From: a bacterium
Lineage (GTDB): Bacteria > Patescibacteriota > JABMPQ01 > JBDRIV01
Length of the DNA stretch: 64,000 bases
Assembly: GCA_043815505.1 (NCBI GenBank)
Contig: JBDRIV010000002.1
Span: 11,484-75,483, forward strand
Direction: 5' to 3'
Shown one piece after another: positions 19,963-29,531 of this stretch (position 1 is its first letter; every line of letters starts with the position of its first letter). Under the pieces are notes generated by a model. It made no database searches. It saw only the letters and a program-made list of their open reading frames with translations, and was not told the DNA's origin. The position numbers and the translations under genes are program-made.

Positions 19963-22584
19963 ATGCATTTAAAAAGATTGGAAATAACAGGATTTAAATC
20001 GTTTGCCGTCAAACGGGTTATTGAATTTGACCCTGGTTTTACGGCCATTGTTGGTCCTAATGGTTCTGGAAAAAGTAATATTGTGGATGCTATTCGTTGG
20101 GTGCTCGGTGAACAGTCTATGAAAACAATTCGTGGTAAAAAGAGTGAAGATGTAATATTTTCTGGATCCAAACAAAAAGGTCGACTCGGCATGGCTGAGG
20201 TGGTCATTACTTTTGATAATTCCGATGGTCAGCTGCCCATTGATTATCGTGAGGTAGAAATTATGCGTCGTGTTTTCCGTAATGGCGATTCCGATTATAT
20301 GTTAAACGGGAGCAAAGTTCGTTTAATGGACATTCAGGAACTGTTGGCCAAAGTCGGTTATGCCCAAAGAACTTATAGTATCATTAGTCAGGGCATGATT
20401 GATTCTATTTTGATGTCCGGTCAACAAGAAAGAAAAGAATTATTTGAAGAAGCCTCTGGTATTAAGCAGTATCAAATCAAGCGCAACAATTCCATTAATA
20501 AATTAGAAGCTACCAAAGAAAATTTAAAAAGAGTTGACGGTTTAATAAAAGAAATTGAACCACGTTTGCGAATGTTAAAGCGCCAAGCTGGTAAAGCTGC
20601 TAAACGTGATGAAATTGCGGCCGAACTAAAAGATCTTTCCTATCGTTATTACAGTTTTAATTGGCACACAATTTGTAAAGAATTAAATGGTCAAGAAAAA
20701 AGATCCGAAGAACTACATAGCCGGGAGCAAAACTTGCTAAAATCAATTGAGCGACTGAGCGGTAACGTTAAAATGCGGGAAAACACCGATACTCAAACTT
20801 CTAACTTACAATCAATAAAAGCTGAACTGCAAAGTTTGATTGATAATAAAAATCAGCTGAAAGAAAAATTGGCCATCACCGAAGGAAGGTTAGAAGTTGA
20901 ATCAGAAAGAGAGTTATCGGCTGATGACGTAGAGATTAAAAGACGAGTAGCTGATCACGAAAGAGATTTAGAACAATTACAGGAAAAACTTCAAAATCTT
21001 GAAAATGAAATCTTAAGTAAACAAAATGTTTTAACTGCAGCGGAAAGCAAAGCTATCAAACTGAACAGTTTATTGTCTGAAACAAGGCAAAAAATAGCTG
21101 AAATTACTGGCACTAATGGTGAGAAAGATGAAGCTACTATTAATAGTCTCAAAAGTAACTTTGCTAGTCTCGAAGAAGAATCAAATAATTTATTTGGTTT
21201 GATAAATAATTTTAGTTCCGACACCGACCTTCCCCAACTTAAAAGTCGGGCGGAAAGTTTTAAAAATTCTTTTTCCAGTTTTGCAGAAGGATTCAAAAAA
21301 ATAATCAAAAGGAACAACGGTCACAATTTGCAAGGTTTACAAGAGCAATTGCTAGATCTAGAAAAACATAAGGACTTAATTGCAGAGGAAATGCAGACAG
21401 CACGCGTGGTAATGGCCAGACTCGAAACTGAAAAAGGAATTTTGCATAACAATAAAAATAATATCGAAAAAGAATTAATAACTCTCAAAGAACATTTGGC
21501 GGGAGGAAACGATTCTAAAATTTCACTGGCCGCCAAAGAATTACGAGCAGAAAAAAATGAATTAACAGAAAAAATTTCTACTTTCAACAAAACCATAGCA
21601 GAAAAAGAAACTAGACTTCAAAAGTTGGAAGAAGAGCAAACCAGAAAACAAAGTCAGACATTGGAAATGGAGCAAATGTTGCGCGATCATCAAGATCAAT
21701 TAAATGCTCTTAAAGACGAGGTGCGCGAACTTGATATTAAAAAAGCTAGAGTAGAAACCAGACGCGACGCTTTGCAATTGGAAATCGATGAAGCTATAAT
21801 GCCAGATTCTTTAGAAAAACTTTTAGCGTCTTGGCAAAAAATGGCGGAAGAAGTGCCTCGCCACGATCGCGGTCACATGAAAGAAAGAATTCAGCATTTG
21901 CGCAAACAACACGCTGCCATTGGTGAAATAGACCCAAATGTTATTGAGGAATACAAAGAAGTTGATAAACGCTCCAGTTTTTTAATTGCTCAACATGAAG
22001 ATTTATCTTCAGCTTCATTATCTTTAAGAACTGTTATTAAAGAATTGGATCAAACCATTGCTCGCCAGTTTGAAAATGCCATCAAAAAAATCAACGAAGG
22101 TTTCCAAAAATATTTTGAAATATTATTTGGTGGCGGTAGTGCTAAAATCTTTAAACAAAAATCGGTAATCAGAAAAACTGAAGAAGAAAATTTAACAACG
22201 GAAGATAAACAAAAATTAGCTCATGAATATTATATTGAAATTAAAGCTTCACCACCGGGTAAGAAATTAAAAAATCTGTCTATGCTTTCTGGTGGTGAAA
22301 GAGCGCTGACTTCTGTGGCTTTGATTTTTGCTATTATTGCTTCAAATCCCACACCTTTTATTGTGTTGGATGAAGTTGACGCTGCCTTAGATGAAGCCAA
22401 CTCTCAGCGTTTTGGCAAGATTTTGGAATCAGTTTCTAAACAAACTCAATTTATTGCCATCACTCACAATCGTGAAACCATGAAAAAAGCCGGTATTCTT
22501 TATGGTGTAACTATGCAGGATGACGGTGTTTCTAAGATGATATCGGTTAAATTAGAAGAAATAGCCAAAGATAAAGTAAGTTAA
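19963..22584 (+). CDS. smc: SMC-like chromosome segregation ATPase, unusually short at 873 aa
   Basis: N-terminal Walker A GPNGSGKSN; long coiled coils; C-terminal signature LSGGERALTSVAL and Walker B FIVLDEVDAALD. Confidence 0.8.
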   Translation: MHLKRLEITGFKSFAVKRVIEFDPGFTAIVGPNGSGKSNIVDAIRWVLGEQSMKTIRGKKSEDVIFSGSKQKGRLGMAEVVITFDNSDGQLPIDYREVEIMRRVFRNGDSDYMLNGSKVRLMDIQELLAKVGYAQRTYSIISQGMIDSILMSGQQERKELFEEASGIKQYQIKRNNSINKLEATKENLKRVDGLIKEIEPRLRMLKRQAGKAAKRDEIAAELKDLSYRYYSFNWHTICKELNGQEKRSEELHSREQNLLKSIERLSGNVKMRENTDTQTSNLQSIKAELQSLIDNKNQLKEKLAITEGRLEVESERELSADDVEIKRRVADHERDLEQLQEKLQNLENEILSKQNVLTAAESKAIKLNSLLSETRQKIAEITGTNGEKDEATINSLKSNFASLEEESNNLFGLINNFSSDTDLPQLKSRAESFKNSFSSFAEGFKKIIKRNNGHNLQGLQEQLLDLEKHKDLIAEEMQTARVVMARLETEKGILHNNKNNIEKELITLKEHLAGGNDSKISLAAKELRAEKNELTEKISTFNKTIAEKETRLQKLEEEQTRKQSQTLEMEQMLRDHQDQLNALKDEVRELDIKKARVETRRDALQLEIDEAIMPDSLEKLLASWQKMAEEVPRHDRGHMKERIQHLRKQHAAIGEIDPNVIEEYKEVDKRSSFLIAQHEDLSSASLSLRTVIKELDQTIARQFENAIKKINEGFQKYFEILFGGGSAKIFKQKSVIRKTEEENLTTEDKQKLAHEYYIEIKASPPGKKLKNLSMLSGGERALTSVALIFAIIASNPTPFIVLDEVDAALDEANSQRFGKILESVSKQTQFIAITHNRETMKKAGILYGVTMQDDGVSKMISVKLEEIAKDKVS

Positions 22585-22592
22585 ACAATTGA

Positions 22593-22705
22593 CCCGATAG
22601 TACAACCGAACTTAGATTTTAAAAAATTTATTTATTAAAAAGCTAAAATATATAAAATATTAAAAATAATAATAATCATCATCATCAGTTGTACTACCGA
22701 GTTGA
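22593..22705. repeat. Family-C inverted-repeat element (cccgatagtacaac ... gttgtactaccgag), abutting the rpsP promoter
   Basis: 13-14-nt inverted repeats flank ~80 bp of AT-rich DNA and are directly followed by TTGACA. Confidence 0.7.
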
Positions 22706-22729
22706 CATCGCTAGCTAAATAAGTATAAT
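22702..22729 (+). promoter_or_regulatory. Sigma-70-type promoter for rpsP: TTGACA - 16 nt - TATAAT
   Basis: ttgacatcgctagctaaataagtataat. Confidence 0.55.
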
Positions 22730-22766
22730 TAAGGCTTAAGTAAAGTATTAAATAATTTTAAGAAAA

Positions 22767-23288
22767 ATGCTGACAATTAGATTGACAAGAATTGGCCGCA
22801 AGAATTCCCCTGCCTATCGCGTGGTAGTAGCAGAACACAAGCGCGCCGTCCAAGGAAAAATAATTGAAATTCTAGGGCAAATGAATCCTAAAACTGATCC
22901 CGCAACTTTTAATGTAAATGAAGAACGGGTTAATTATTGGTTGTCTGAAGGTGCTCATCCTTCCAGTGTAGTTCGTGATTATCTTGTAAAAAAAGGAATT
23001 GCTAAAAAGGCAGATCTAGCTCAGCCGATTCATAAAAAGAAACTTCGACCAAAGAAAAAGAAGGGCGAAGAAGGTGATGAAAAAGCCAGTGAAAAGCCAG
23101 AAGATCCTTCGGCAAGCTCAGGACAAGAAAAAAGGGAAGAAGTTAAAGAAGAACCGAAAGCAGATGCTCCTAAGGAAGATGGTTCGACAAGCTCACCACA
23201 AGAAAAGGTTGAAGAAAAGAAAGAAGAACCCAAGGAAGAGAAAAAAGAGGAGCCTAAAGAAGTGAAAGAAGAACCTAAAAAAGAATAG
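22767..23288 (+). CDS. rpsP: 30S ribosomal protein S16 with a ~90-aa Lys/Glu-rich C-terminal extension
   Basis: MLTIRLTRIGRKNSPAYRVVV matches S16; the tail is a KKEEPK-type repeat. Confidence 0.9.
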   Translation: MLTIRLTRIGRKNSPAYRVVVAEHKRAVQGKIIEILGQMNPKTDPATFNVNEERVNYWLSEGAHPSSVVRDYLVKKGIAKKADLAQPIHKKKLRPKKKKGEEGDEKASEKPEDPSASSGQEKREEVKEEPKADAPKEDGSTSSPQEKVEEKKEEPKEEKKEEPKEVKEEPKKE

Positions 23289-23295
23289 ATTTCAA

Positions 23296-23397
23296 TCCCC
23301 GCTTCAGTTTTTTAGAACTCGACACAATATAGTTATGTAATTCTAGAAGTAATTTTAAACTTAAAGAATTTGAGTTCAACAAAACTGAGGCGGGGTT
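23296..23397. repeat. Family-A palindromic element (long form) downstream of rpsP; likely acts as a terminator
   Basis: atccccgcttcagttttt ... gaactcgac ... ttgagttcaac ... aaaactgaggcggggttttt. Confidence 0.75.
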
Positions 23398-23403
23398 TTT
23401 GTT

Positions 23404-23512
23404 GACCTGGTAGTACAATTTTCTATAATAAGTATCTTAAAATTAATCTTGTTCAAATTTCATATAAAAGTCCCAAGAACAAAACAATGGAATTTGTACT
23501 ACCAGGTTGACT
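23404..23512. repeat. Family-C inverted-repeat element (gacctggtagtacaa ... ttgtactaccaggttgac)
   Basis: Inverted repeats flank an AT-rich core; TTGACT at the distal end. Confidence 0.7.
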
Positions 23513-23638
23513 AAAATTAGCATTTTTGCTATGGTAATCTCGATACTCAAGTACTTAAAAGACGCGGAACTTGGTCGAACAAAACGCAATTTTGAGGAAA
23601 GATATCAGCTATCAGTTTAAGTATTAAGATAAACTTGT

Positions 23639-23974
23639 ATGGCAGAATCATTTGACGATCAACAATTTGTTGAATTCGTTGTAAAGTCTATTGTCGATCA
23701 CCCCGACAAAGTCAAAACCGAACGTGTTATTGACGAAATGGGCGTTCTAATTACCCTTACTCTTGATCCAGAAGACATGGGTCAGGTAATCGGACGTCAA
23801 GGTGCAACTGCAAAATCAATTAGAACTCTATTGAAAGTAGTTGGCGCAAAAAATAACGCTCGTGTTAACCTGAAGATCAACGAACCTGAAGGTAGTACTC
23901 GTGGCAGAGACAGACGAGAAAGTCCTGCTCCCACCGAAGAAGACACTGACGTTGTAGACGATCTTAAACTATAA
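23639..23974 (+). CDS. KH-domain RNA-binding protein (KhpA/YlqC-like) with a C-terminal extension
   Basis: GQVIGRQGATAKSIR matches the KH GXXG motif; position between rpsP and trmD. Confidence 0.75.
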   Translation: MAESFDDQQFVEFVVKSIVDHPDKVKTERVIDEMGVLITLTLDPEDMGQVIGRQGATAKSIRTLLKVVGAKNNARVNLKINEPEGSTRGRDRRESPAPTEEDTDVVDDLKL

Positions 23975-23985
23975 TTAGTTTAGAA

Positions 23986-24018
23986 AATATACTCCGCCCT
24001 TTAAAAGGGCGGAGTTTT
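23986..24018 (+). terminator. Rho-independent terminator
   Basis: ctccgccctttaaaagggcggag hairpin followed by a T-run. Confidence 0.6.
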
Positions 24019-24038
24019 GTTTTATAATCAAATTACTT

Positions 24039-24725
24039 ATGCAAATAGATATTCTTACACTTTTTCCAGGCGTAGTTTCTCCTTATTTGGAAGCAAGTCT
24101 TTTACAAAAAGCTATTGCGGCTGAAAAAGTTACCATCAATGTTATAAATATTAGAGACTGGGCTAAAGATAAACACCATACCACGGACGACACGCCTTAT
24201 GGAGGTGGTCCGGGCATGGTTTTAAAAGTCGAACCAATTTTTGCCGCCCTGAAAAGTATCGGCGCTATTGAAATTGAAAAAGAAAACCCTTTAGTTATTA
24301 AACCGCGTCCCCAAAATGAAAAAATTATTATGCTCTCACCCGGTGGTAAAATGTTTGATCAAAAAATGGGTGCTAATCTTTCTAAATTAAATAGAATAAC
24401 TTTACTCTGCGGACGTTATGAGGGTTTTGATGATAGAATAAAATTGTTTATTGATGCCGAAGTTTCGGTGGGAAATTTTGTTTTAACTGGTGGCGAACTT
24501 CCCGCTTTGATTATTACCGATGTTGTTACTAGGTTTTTACCTGGTGTGGTGGGAAATGAAGAATCAATTAAAAATGACACTTTCTTTCAAGATGAAAATT
24601 ATGTAAAACATCCTCAGTATACTAAACCAGAAGAATTTATGGGAATGAAAATTCCCGAGGTATTAATTTCTGGTAATCATCAAGCTATAGAAAAGTGGAG
24701 AAAAAGTAATTCTACAAACAAATGA
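24039..24725 (+). CDS. trmD: tRNA (guanine37-N1)-methyltransferase
   Basis: TrmD SPOUT fold motifs; DTPYGGGPGMV; rpsP-KH-trmD synteny. Confidence 0.9.
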   Translation: MQIDILTLFPGVVSPYLEASLLQKAIAAEKVTINVINIRDWAKDKHHTTDDTPYGGGPGMVLKVEPIFAALKSIGAIEIEKENPLVIKPRPQNEKIIMLSPGGKMFDQKMGANLSKLNRITLLCGRYEGFDDRIKLFIDAEVSVGNFVLTGGELPALIITDVVTRFLPGVVGNEESIKNDTFFQDENYVKHPQYTKPEEFMGMKIPEVLISGNHQAIEKWRKSNSTNK

Positions 24726-24865
24726 AAGAAAAAGTAAAAAAATCAGGTAATATATTTTATGGAATAATAAAATTTATAATTGGCGCTTTAGCTGTAGTTG
24801 GAATTGTAATTATGGCAGTTTTGCAAATAAAAAGAAAATCTAACGGCAAAAAGCGTAAAACTTGA
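24722..24865 (+). CDS. Small membrane protein (47 aa); its start overlaps the trmD stop (ATGA); not in the ORF track
   Basis: MKEKVKKSGNIFYGIIKFIIGALAVVGIVIMAVLQIKRKSNGKKRKT. Confidence 0.3.
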   Translation: MKEKVKKSGNIFYGIIKFIIGALAVVGIVIMAVLQIKRKSNGKKRKT

Positions 24866-25117
24866 AATATTTTTTAAGTATGGTATTCTAAGGCCAAGTC
24901 CAATATTTGGACAACACGAATAAGAATTTCGAAAGCTAGATTGAGATTCATATAATTATTAATTCGTGTACAGCAAGACAAGGTTTTATCTGATGGCTAC
25001 GACTTAATTTCGACTTTGAAATAAATGATTCTCATTTATTTAATCACTCATAACAAGATACAAACCATCTAGGCGTTACTAAAACGCTAAGTTTTTCTGT
25101 ACACGGGAGTTACTACA

Positions 25118-26638
25118 ATGACACAAATAATTTTTCCCGTTGCCGCTTTAATTGTGGGCACGCTGGCGGGCTATTTTCTCCGCCGCACAATTGCTTTACA
25201 AAAACAGAACTCAGCTGAAGCTGAGGTTACTCGGCGCTTAAATGAAGCTAAAAACAAAGAAAAAGAAATCTTGATTGTTGCCAAAGATAAGGCCATTCAA
25301 GTTGTTGATGCTGCCAAAAATGAGGAACAAGAAAGGCGTCAGCAAATAATTCAGTCAGAAGAAAGAATTGCCAAGCGCGAAGAAAGCATTGATCGTAAAT
25401 ATGATGACATTGAAAGAAAGCGCTCAGGTCTTGAACAAGAGGAGAAACAGCAACAAGAAATAAAACAAGAATTAAAACGTATTAGAAAAAAGCAAATTTT
25501 AACCTTGGAAAAAGTTGCTAGTTTGTCGCGTGAGAAAGCCAAAGATGTGTTGCTGGACATGGTGGAGAAAGACGTAGCCGACCGTTTAGTTAAGAGAATT
25601 CAAAAACTAGAAAAAGCCGCTGACGAAAAATTTGAGGAAAAGGCACAGTGGATTACAGCCCTGGCCATTCAGCGTTATTCACAAAACCAAGCCTCTGAAA
25701 TTACCACCACCACCGTTAGTCTCCCCTCTGATGAAATGAAAGGTAGAATTATTGGTAAAGAAGGACGCAACATTAAACGTATTGAAGAACTAACTGGTGT
25801 AGAAATTGTAGTTGATGATACTCCCGAAGCGATTGTAATTTCTGGCTTCAACCCTATTCGCAGACACGTAGCAAAAAAAGCTATTGAACAATTGGTAGTG
25901 GACGGACGCATTCATCCCGCTCGCATTGAAGAATCGGTAGAAAAAGCTAAACAAGAAATCGCTAAGGATATTCGCGAAACTGGTGAGCAAGTAGTTTATG
26001 ATTTGGGCATTACTGATTTTGATCCGAAATTGGTGCAATTAATTGGTCGTTTGAAATTCCGTTACAGTTACGGCCAAAATGTTATGAAACATTCTATTGA
26101 GGTAGCTAACATTTCTGCCATTTTAGCCGAAGAGTTAGGCGCTAATGTTCAAGTGGCTAAGCGCGGTGGTATTTTGCATGATATTGGAAAAGCAGTTGAT
26201 GCTGAAATTGAAGGAACTCACATTGAAATTGGAAAAAATATCTTAAAGAAGTTTGGTGTTTCTGAAGAAATTATTCAAGCCATGGAGGCTCATCACGAAG
26301 ATGTTCCTTGTGCAACAGTGGAAGCTATGATCGTTGATGCCGCCGATTCTATTTCTGGTTCCCGTCCTGGTGCTAGAAAAGATACTTACGAAAATTACAT
26401 TAAAAGATTGGAAGAGCTTGAAGGTATTGCTAATAATTTTGCTGGCATTGATAAGTCTTATGCTATCCAGGCTGGTCGTGAAGTTCGCGTTTTTGTTAAG
26501 CCGGAAGAAATTGACGATCTTGGTTCTATTAAACTGGCCAATGAAATTGCTGATAAAATTGAACAAGAATTAAAATATCCTGGTGAAATTAAGGTTAATG
26601 TAATTAGAGAAACCAGAGCCGTAGAATACGCTAAATAA
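25118..26638 (+). CDS. rny: Ribonuclease Y
   Basis: N-terminal TM, coiled coil, KH domain (IIGKEGRNIKRIEELTGV) and HD domain (HDIGK). Confidence 0.9.
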   Translation: MTQIIFPVAALIVGTLAGYFLRRTIALQKQNSAEAEVTRRLNEAKNKEKEILIVAKDKAIQVVDAAKNEEQERRQQIIQSEERIAKREESIDRKYDDIERKRSGLEQEEKQQQEIKQELKRIRKKQILTLEKVASLSREKAKDVLLDMVEKDVADRLVKRIQKLEKAADEKFEEKAQWITALAIQRYSQNQASEITTTTVSLPSDEMKGRIIGKEGRNIKRIEELTGVEIVVDDTPEAIVISGFNPIRRHVAKKAIEQLVVDGRIHPARIEESVEKAKQEIAKDIRETGEQVVYDLGITDFDPKLVQLIGRLKFRYSYGQNVMKHSIEVANISAILAEELGANVQVAKRGGILHDIGKAVDAEIEGTHIEIGKNILKKFGVSEEIIQAMEAHHEDVPCATVEAMIVDAADSISGSRPGARKDTYENYIKRLEELEGIANNFAGIDKSYAIQAGREVRVFVKPEEIDDLGSIKLANEIADKIEQELKYPGEIKVNVIRETRAVEYAK

Positions 26639-26642
26639 AATT

Positions 26643-27467
26643 ATGAAAATTCTATTCCTTGGAGATATAATGGGTCGCGTTGGTCGCGAAGCCATAAAAC
26701 ACTTTGTACCCCAGCTAAAAGAAAAACACAAAGCTGATTTGGTAATTGCCAATGTTGAAAATTTAGCGCACGGCAAAAGTGCGACTGAAAAAACTTTGCA
26801 AGAAATTAAGGAAGCCGGCGTAGAAGTTTTTACATCTGGCAATCATGTTTTCAAAAAACAAGATGTTTATGAATTACTGGAAAAAGAGGATATTGTAATT
26901 CCCGCCAATTATCCCGAAGGAGTATCTGGAAAAAGATATTTAGTAAAAGAAATTGGTGCTTATCGTCTTTTTATTGCCAATCTAATGGGTAGAGTTTTTA
27001 TTAAAGAAGATTTCACTTGCCCCTTTATCAAGATGGACGAACTTTTAGAGGATGCTAAAAAAGAAGGTGCCAATATAATTTTGGTAGATCTGCACGCTGA
27101 AGCTTCAAGTGAAAAAATGGCCTTTTTTCTAGAATTCAGAAAAAAGGTAGGAGCTATCTTAGGTACTCATACCCATGTTGCTTCGCAGGATTTTGCCGTA
27201 TACGATGGTTGTGCTTTTGTTTCTGATGTTGGCATGGTAGGAGGCTTCCCTAGTGTGATTGGAGTTAATGAAGAAAATGTGATTAAAGAATTTAGAAATC
27301 AAACTCCCCAGAAATTTGAAATGGCTGATACCAAATGGGCAGAATTCAATGCTGTGCTTATAGATTTTGATGGTACTTCCGGTCGCGCCAAGAAAATAGA
27401 AAAAATTAGAGAATTTATTGATATTGAAAACGGTAAAAATAGTAAAAAAACACCAAAAATAGAATAA
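26643..27467 (+). CDS. ymdB: YmdB-like metallophosphoesterase (2',3'-cyclic-nucleotide phosphodiesterase family)
   Basis: MKILFLGDIMGRVGREA ... GNHVF; conserved rny-ymdB pairing. Confidence 0.8.
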   Translation: MKILFLGDIMGRVGREAIKHFVPQLKEKHKADLVIANVENLAHGKSATEKTLQEIKEAGVEVFTSGNHVFKKQDVYELLEKEDIVIPANYPEGVSGKRYLVKEIGAYRLFIANLMGRVFIKEDFTCPFIKMDELLEDAKKEGANIILVDLHAEASSEKMAFFLEFRKKVGAILGTHTHVASQDFAVYDGCAFVSDVGMVGGFPSVIGVNEENVIKEFRNQTPQKFEMADTKWAEFNAVLIDFDGTSGRAKKIEKIREFIDIENGKNSKKTPKIE

Positions 27468-27564
27468 TAAGTTATCCCCTTAAAATACACAAAAACACTT
27501 GATTGGAGAGGCATATTTGCCTATAATACATATACAAATAATCACCGAAGGGAGGTGAAACAAA

Positions 27565-27843
27565 ATGACCAAACAAGAAGTAATTGAAAACCTTGCTTCT
27601 AAAGCAGGCGTAACTAAGAAAGTTGCCGATGATGTTTTAGATGCCTTTGTTAATGTGGTAACAGAAACTCTTCAGAAAGATGAAAAAGTATCAGTAACCG
27701 GTTTTGGTACTTATAGCGTTTCTCATAGAGCCGCCCGTACCGGTGTAAATCCCCAAAATCCAACACAGAAAATCCAAATTCCAGCTATGAAAGTTCCTAA
27801 ATTTACAGCTGGCAAAACTTTGAAAGATTCTATTAAAAACTAA
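27565..27843 (+). CDS. hup: DNA-binding protein HU
   Basis: HU signature with the GFGTF-like arm GFGTYSVSHRAARTGVNPQNP. Confidence 0.9.
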   Translation: MTKQEVIENLASKAGVTKKVADDVLDAFVNVVTETLQKDEKVSVTGFGTYSVSHRAARTGVNPQNPTQKIQIPAMKVPKFTAGKTLKDSIKN

Positions 27844-27912
27844 ATAATTCCCCGGTATCTTTTTCTGCGATCATAATATGATCATAGTAAATGGTATCGG
27901 GGATTTATAATA

Positions 27913-28018
27913 TTTTAATTGATCCGGTAGTACAATTTGATAAATAAATTTCAGAGACTTTGTAATTATTTAACAACCTATTGAAATACTAAAGCCATAT
28001 ATTCTGGTTGTACTACTG
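27913..28018. repeat. Family-C inverted-repeat element (atccggtagtacaa ... ttgtactactggattgaca)
   Basis: Inverted repeats flank an AT-rich core; lies between convergent hup and the pil operon. Confidence 0.7.
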
Positions 28019-28107
28019 GATTGACAAAATATTTTTTGCTAGTAAAATACGAAAGCTGGGTCGAAATTCTCACAACCCTCCTTGTGAATTTGTTTCGCCC
28101 AGCTTTT

Positions 28108-28404
28108 TTACTTACTTAAAAATGGATTGGCGGAAGAAATGTTTTCAAAACTGGTTTCAGTTTTTGATTCCGCTATTTTTGATTGACTATTTTTTACATC
28201 TTCAGAAATTACTATAGAAGTTTGTCCCATGTAAGTAGTTGCTCCATTTGTAGCATTGCCAGTTAACCAATATTCAAAAGCACCAATAATTAAAATGATC
28301 AGCAAAGCTGCTAAAAAAGCAAAGAAAGCAGCTTGTCGCCAAATTGTTTGAGATAAGTTACCAATAAATTTTGGCATTTTAAATTCCATATTTTTGTTAG
28401 CCAT
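28108..28404 (-). CDS. Membrane-anchored hypothetical protein; last gene of the pil operon
   Basis: One TM segment; ORF overlaps pilO. Confidence 0.4.
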   Translation of the reverse strand: MANKNMEFKMPKFIGNLSQTIWRQAAFFAFLAALLIILIIGAFEYWLTGNATNGATTYMGQTSIVISEDVKNSQSKIAESKTETSFENISSANPFLSK

Positions 28405-28978
28405 CGGTTTTCTCCAAAGGATTTAAGGTAAAGAATTTTACTATCAAAGTAGCTGAAGTTGTTGCGCCCTCAGAATCAGATAAAATATTTAGAGAATCAA
28501 CATCATAGGCGAGAGCAGATTTCTTAAGCAGTAATAAGTATTTTTGTATACCAGCATATGAACCAGTTAAACTTATTGAGGCCACAAGATAAGATTCACT
28601 GGCATAAAGATCATCGCCTTTATCAGTAGCAGCATTTTTAACTAGGCTACTTTCTTCACCAATAGATATTTTTTGTTCTAAGTTATTGTTGTTGGCGTTT
28701 TCTTCCAAAGAAACAATTATATCCAGTGGTTGATCTTGCAATATAAACATTTGTTTTATTTCATCCAATTGAGCCACAATTTCATCATTTTGAATTTCCA
28801 AAGAAGTCAGTTTTTCTTGAGCATTGGTTAGACTAGCCAGTTCAGTTTCTTTGGCCTCAATAGAATTAATATTTTCATTCAAACCTTGAAGCGAAGGATG
28901 AATATAGAAAATAACCGAAACTAAAATACCCAAAAAAACTATGATGGGTAAAATATAATTTTTAATCTGATTATTCAT
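28397..28978 (-). CDS. pilO: Type IV pilus assembly protein PilO-like
   Basis: N-terminal TM plus coiled coil; position after pilN. Confidence 0.6.
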   Translation of the reverse strand: MNNQIKNYILPIIVFLGILVSVIFYIHPSLQGLNENINSIEAKETELASLTNAQEKLTSLEIQNDEIVAQLDEIKQMFILQDQPLDIIVSLEENANNNNLEQKISIGEESSLVKNAATDKGDDLYASESYLVASISLTGSYAGIQKYLLLLKKSALAYDVDSLNILSDSEGATTSATLIVKFFTLNPLEKTDG

Positions 28979-29531
28979 TGTTGTCTGTAAAAGTGAAAGT
29001 CATGGTAAAATCAATATCTTCTTTGCTGGTTAAATTGGATAAGGGTGATTCTACATCACTAAAATTATCTGAATTCTCTATGTTATCGCTAAACGAGACA
29101 AAATCATCTCTAGTGGTGGCGTGACCACTTAAATTAATTGTGTGTGTCCATTTTTTTATAGCAATTTGTTTCCAGATTATGGTATCTGGTGTAAGTTGAG
29201 TTAGTTCATTTAAAAGCGTGTGCCAGGAAGTTTGCTTATTATAAATTCCGTTTAAGCGTTTTCCGATTCTATTTAATTCTTCCACATTAGTTTCCAGTTC
29301 ATCATTTTTTTGTTGTTCAATAGCCATTTTCGCCTCAGCAATATTATTATCAAGATCGCTCAGACGATTATTGTATGTTCCAGAAACAAAAAATAAAGCA
29401 CCAGCAATCAAAATCAACACCAGAACATCATACAAACTCACAATCATTAAGAAGTTTGATAATCTTTGTGCCTTGAGGCTACTTTTCTCGTTTTTTGGAA
29501 GTAGATTTATTTTTATCATTTTCGTAATCAA
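28971..29531 (-). CDS. pilN: Type IV pilus assembly protein PilN-like; true start probably MIKINLLP
   Basis: INLLP motif at the N-terminus, then TM and coiled coil. Confidence 0.65.
   Translation of the reverse strand: MITKMIKINLLPKNEKSSLKAQRLSNFLMIVSLYDVLVLILIAGALFFVSGTYNNRLSDLDNNIAEAKMAIEQQKNDELETNVEELNRIGKRLNGIYNKQTSWHTLLNELTQLTPDTIIWKQIAIKKWTHTINLSGHATTRDDFVSFSDNIENSDNFSDVESPLSNLTSKEDIDFTMTFTFTDNNE

Noticed and set aside
18768-21596. Short antisense ORFs inside infB (18768..18974, 19236..19448), smc (20991..21317, 21321..21596), rny (25351..26038) and recG (56371..56985)
   Set aside because: They are embedded in well-supported long genes on the opposite strand and have no independent signals.
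28008-28217. ORF 28008..28217 (+) downstream of the family-C element promoter-like TTGACA
   Set aside because: It overlaps the 3' end of the minus-strand pil operon gene 28108..28404 and has no SD; probably non-coding.
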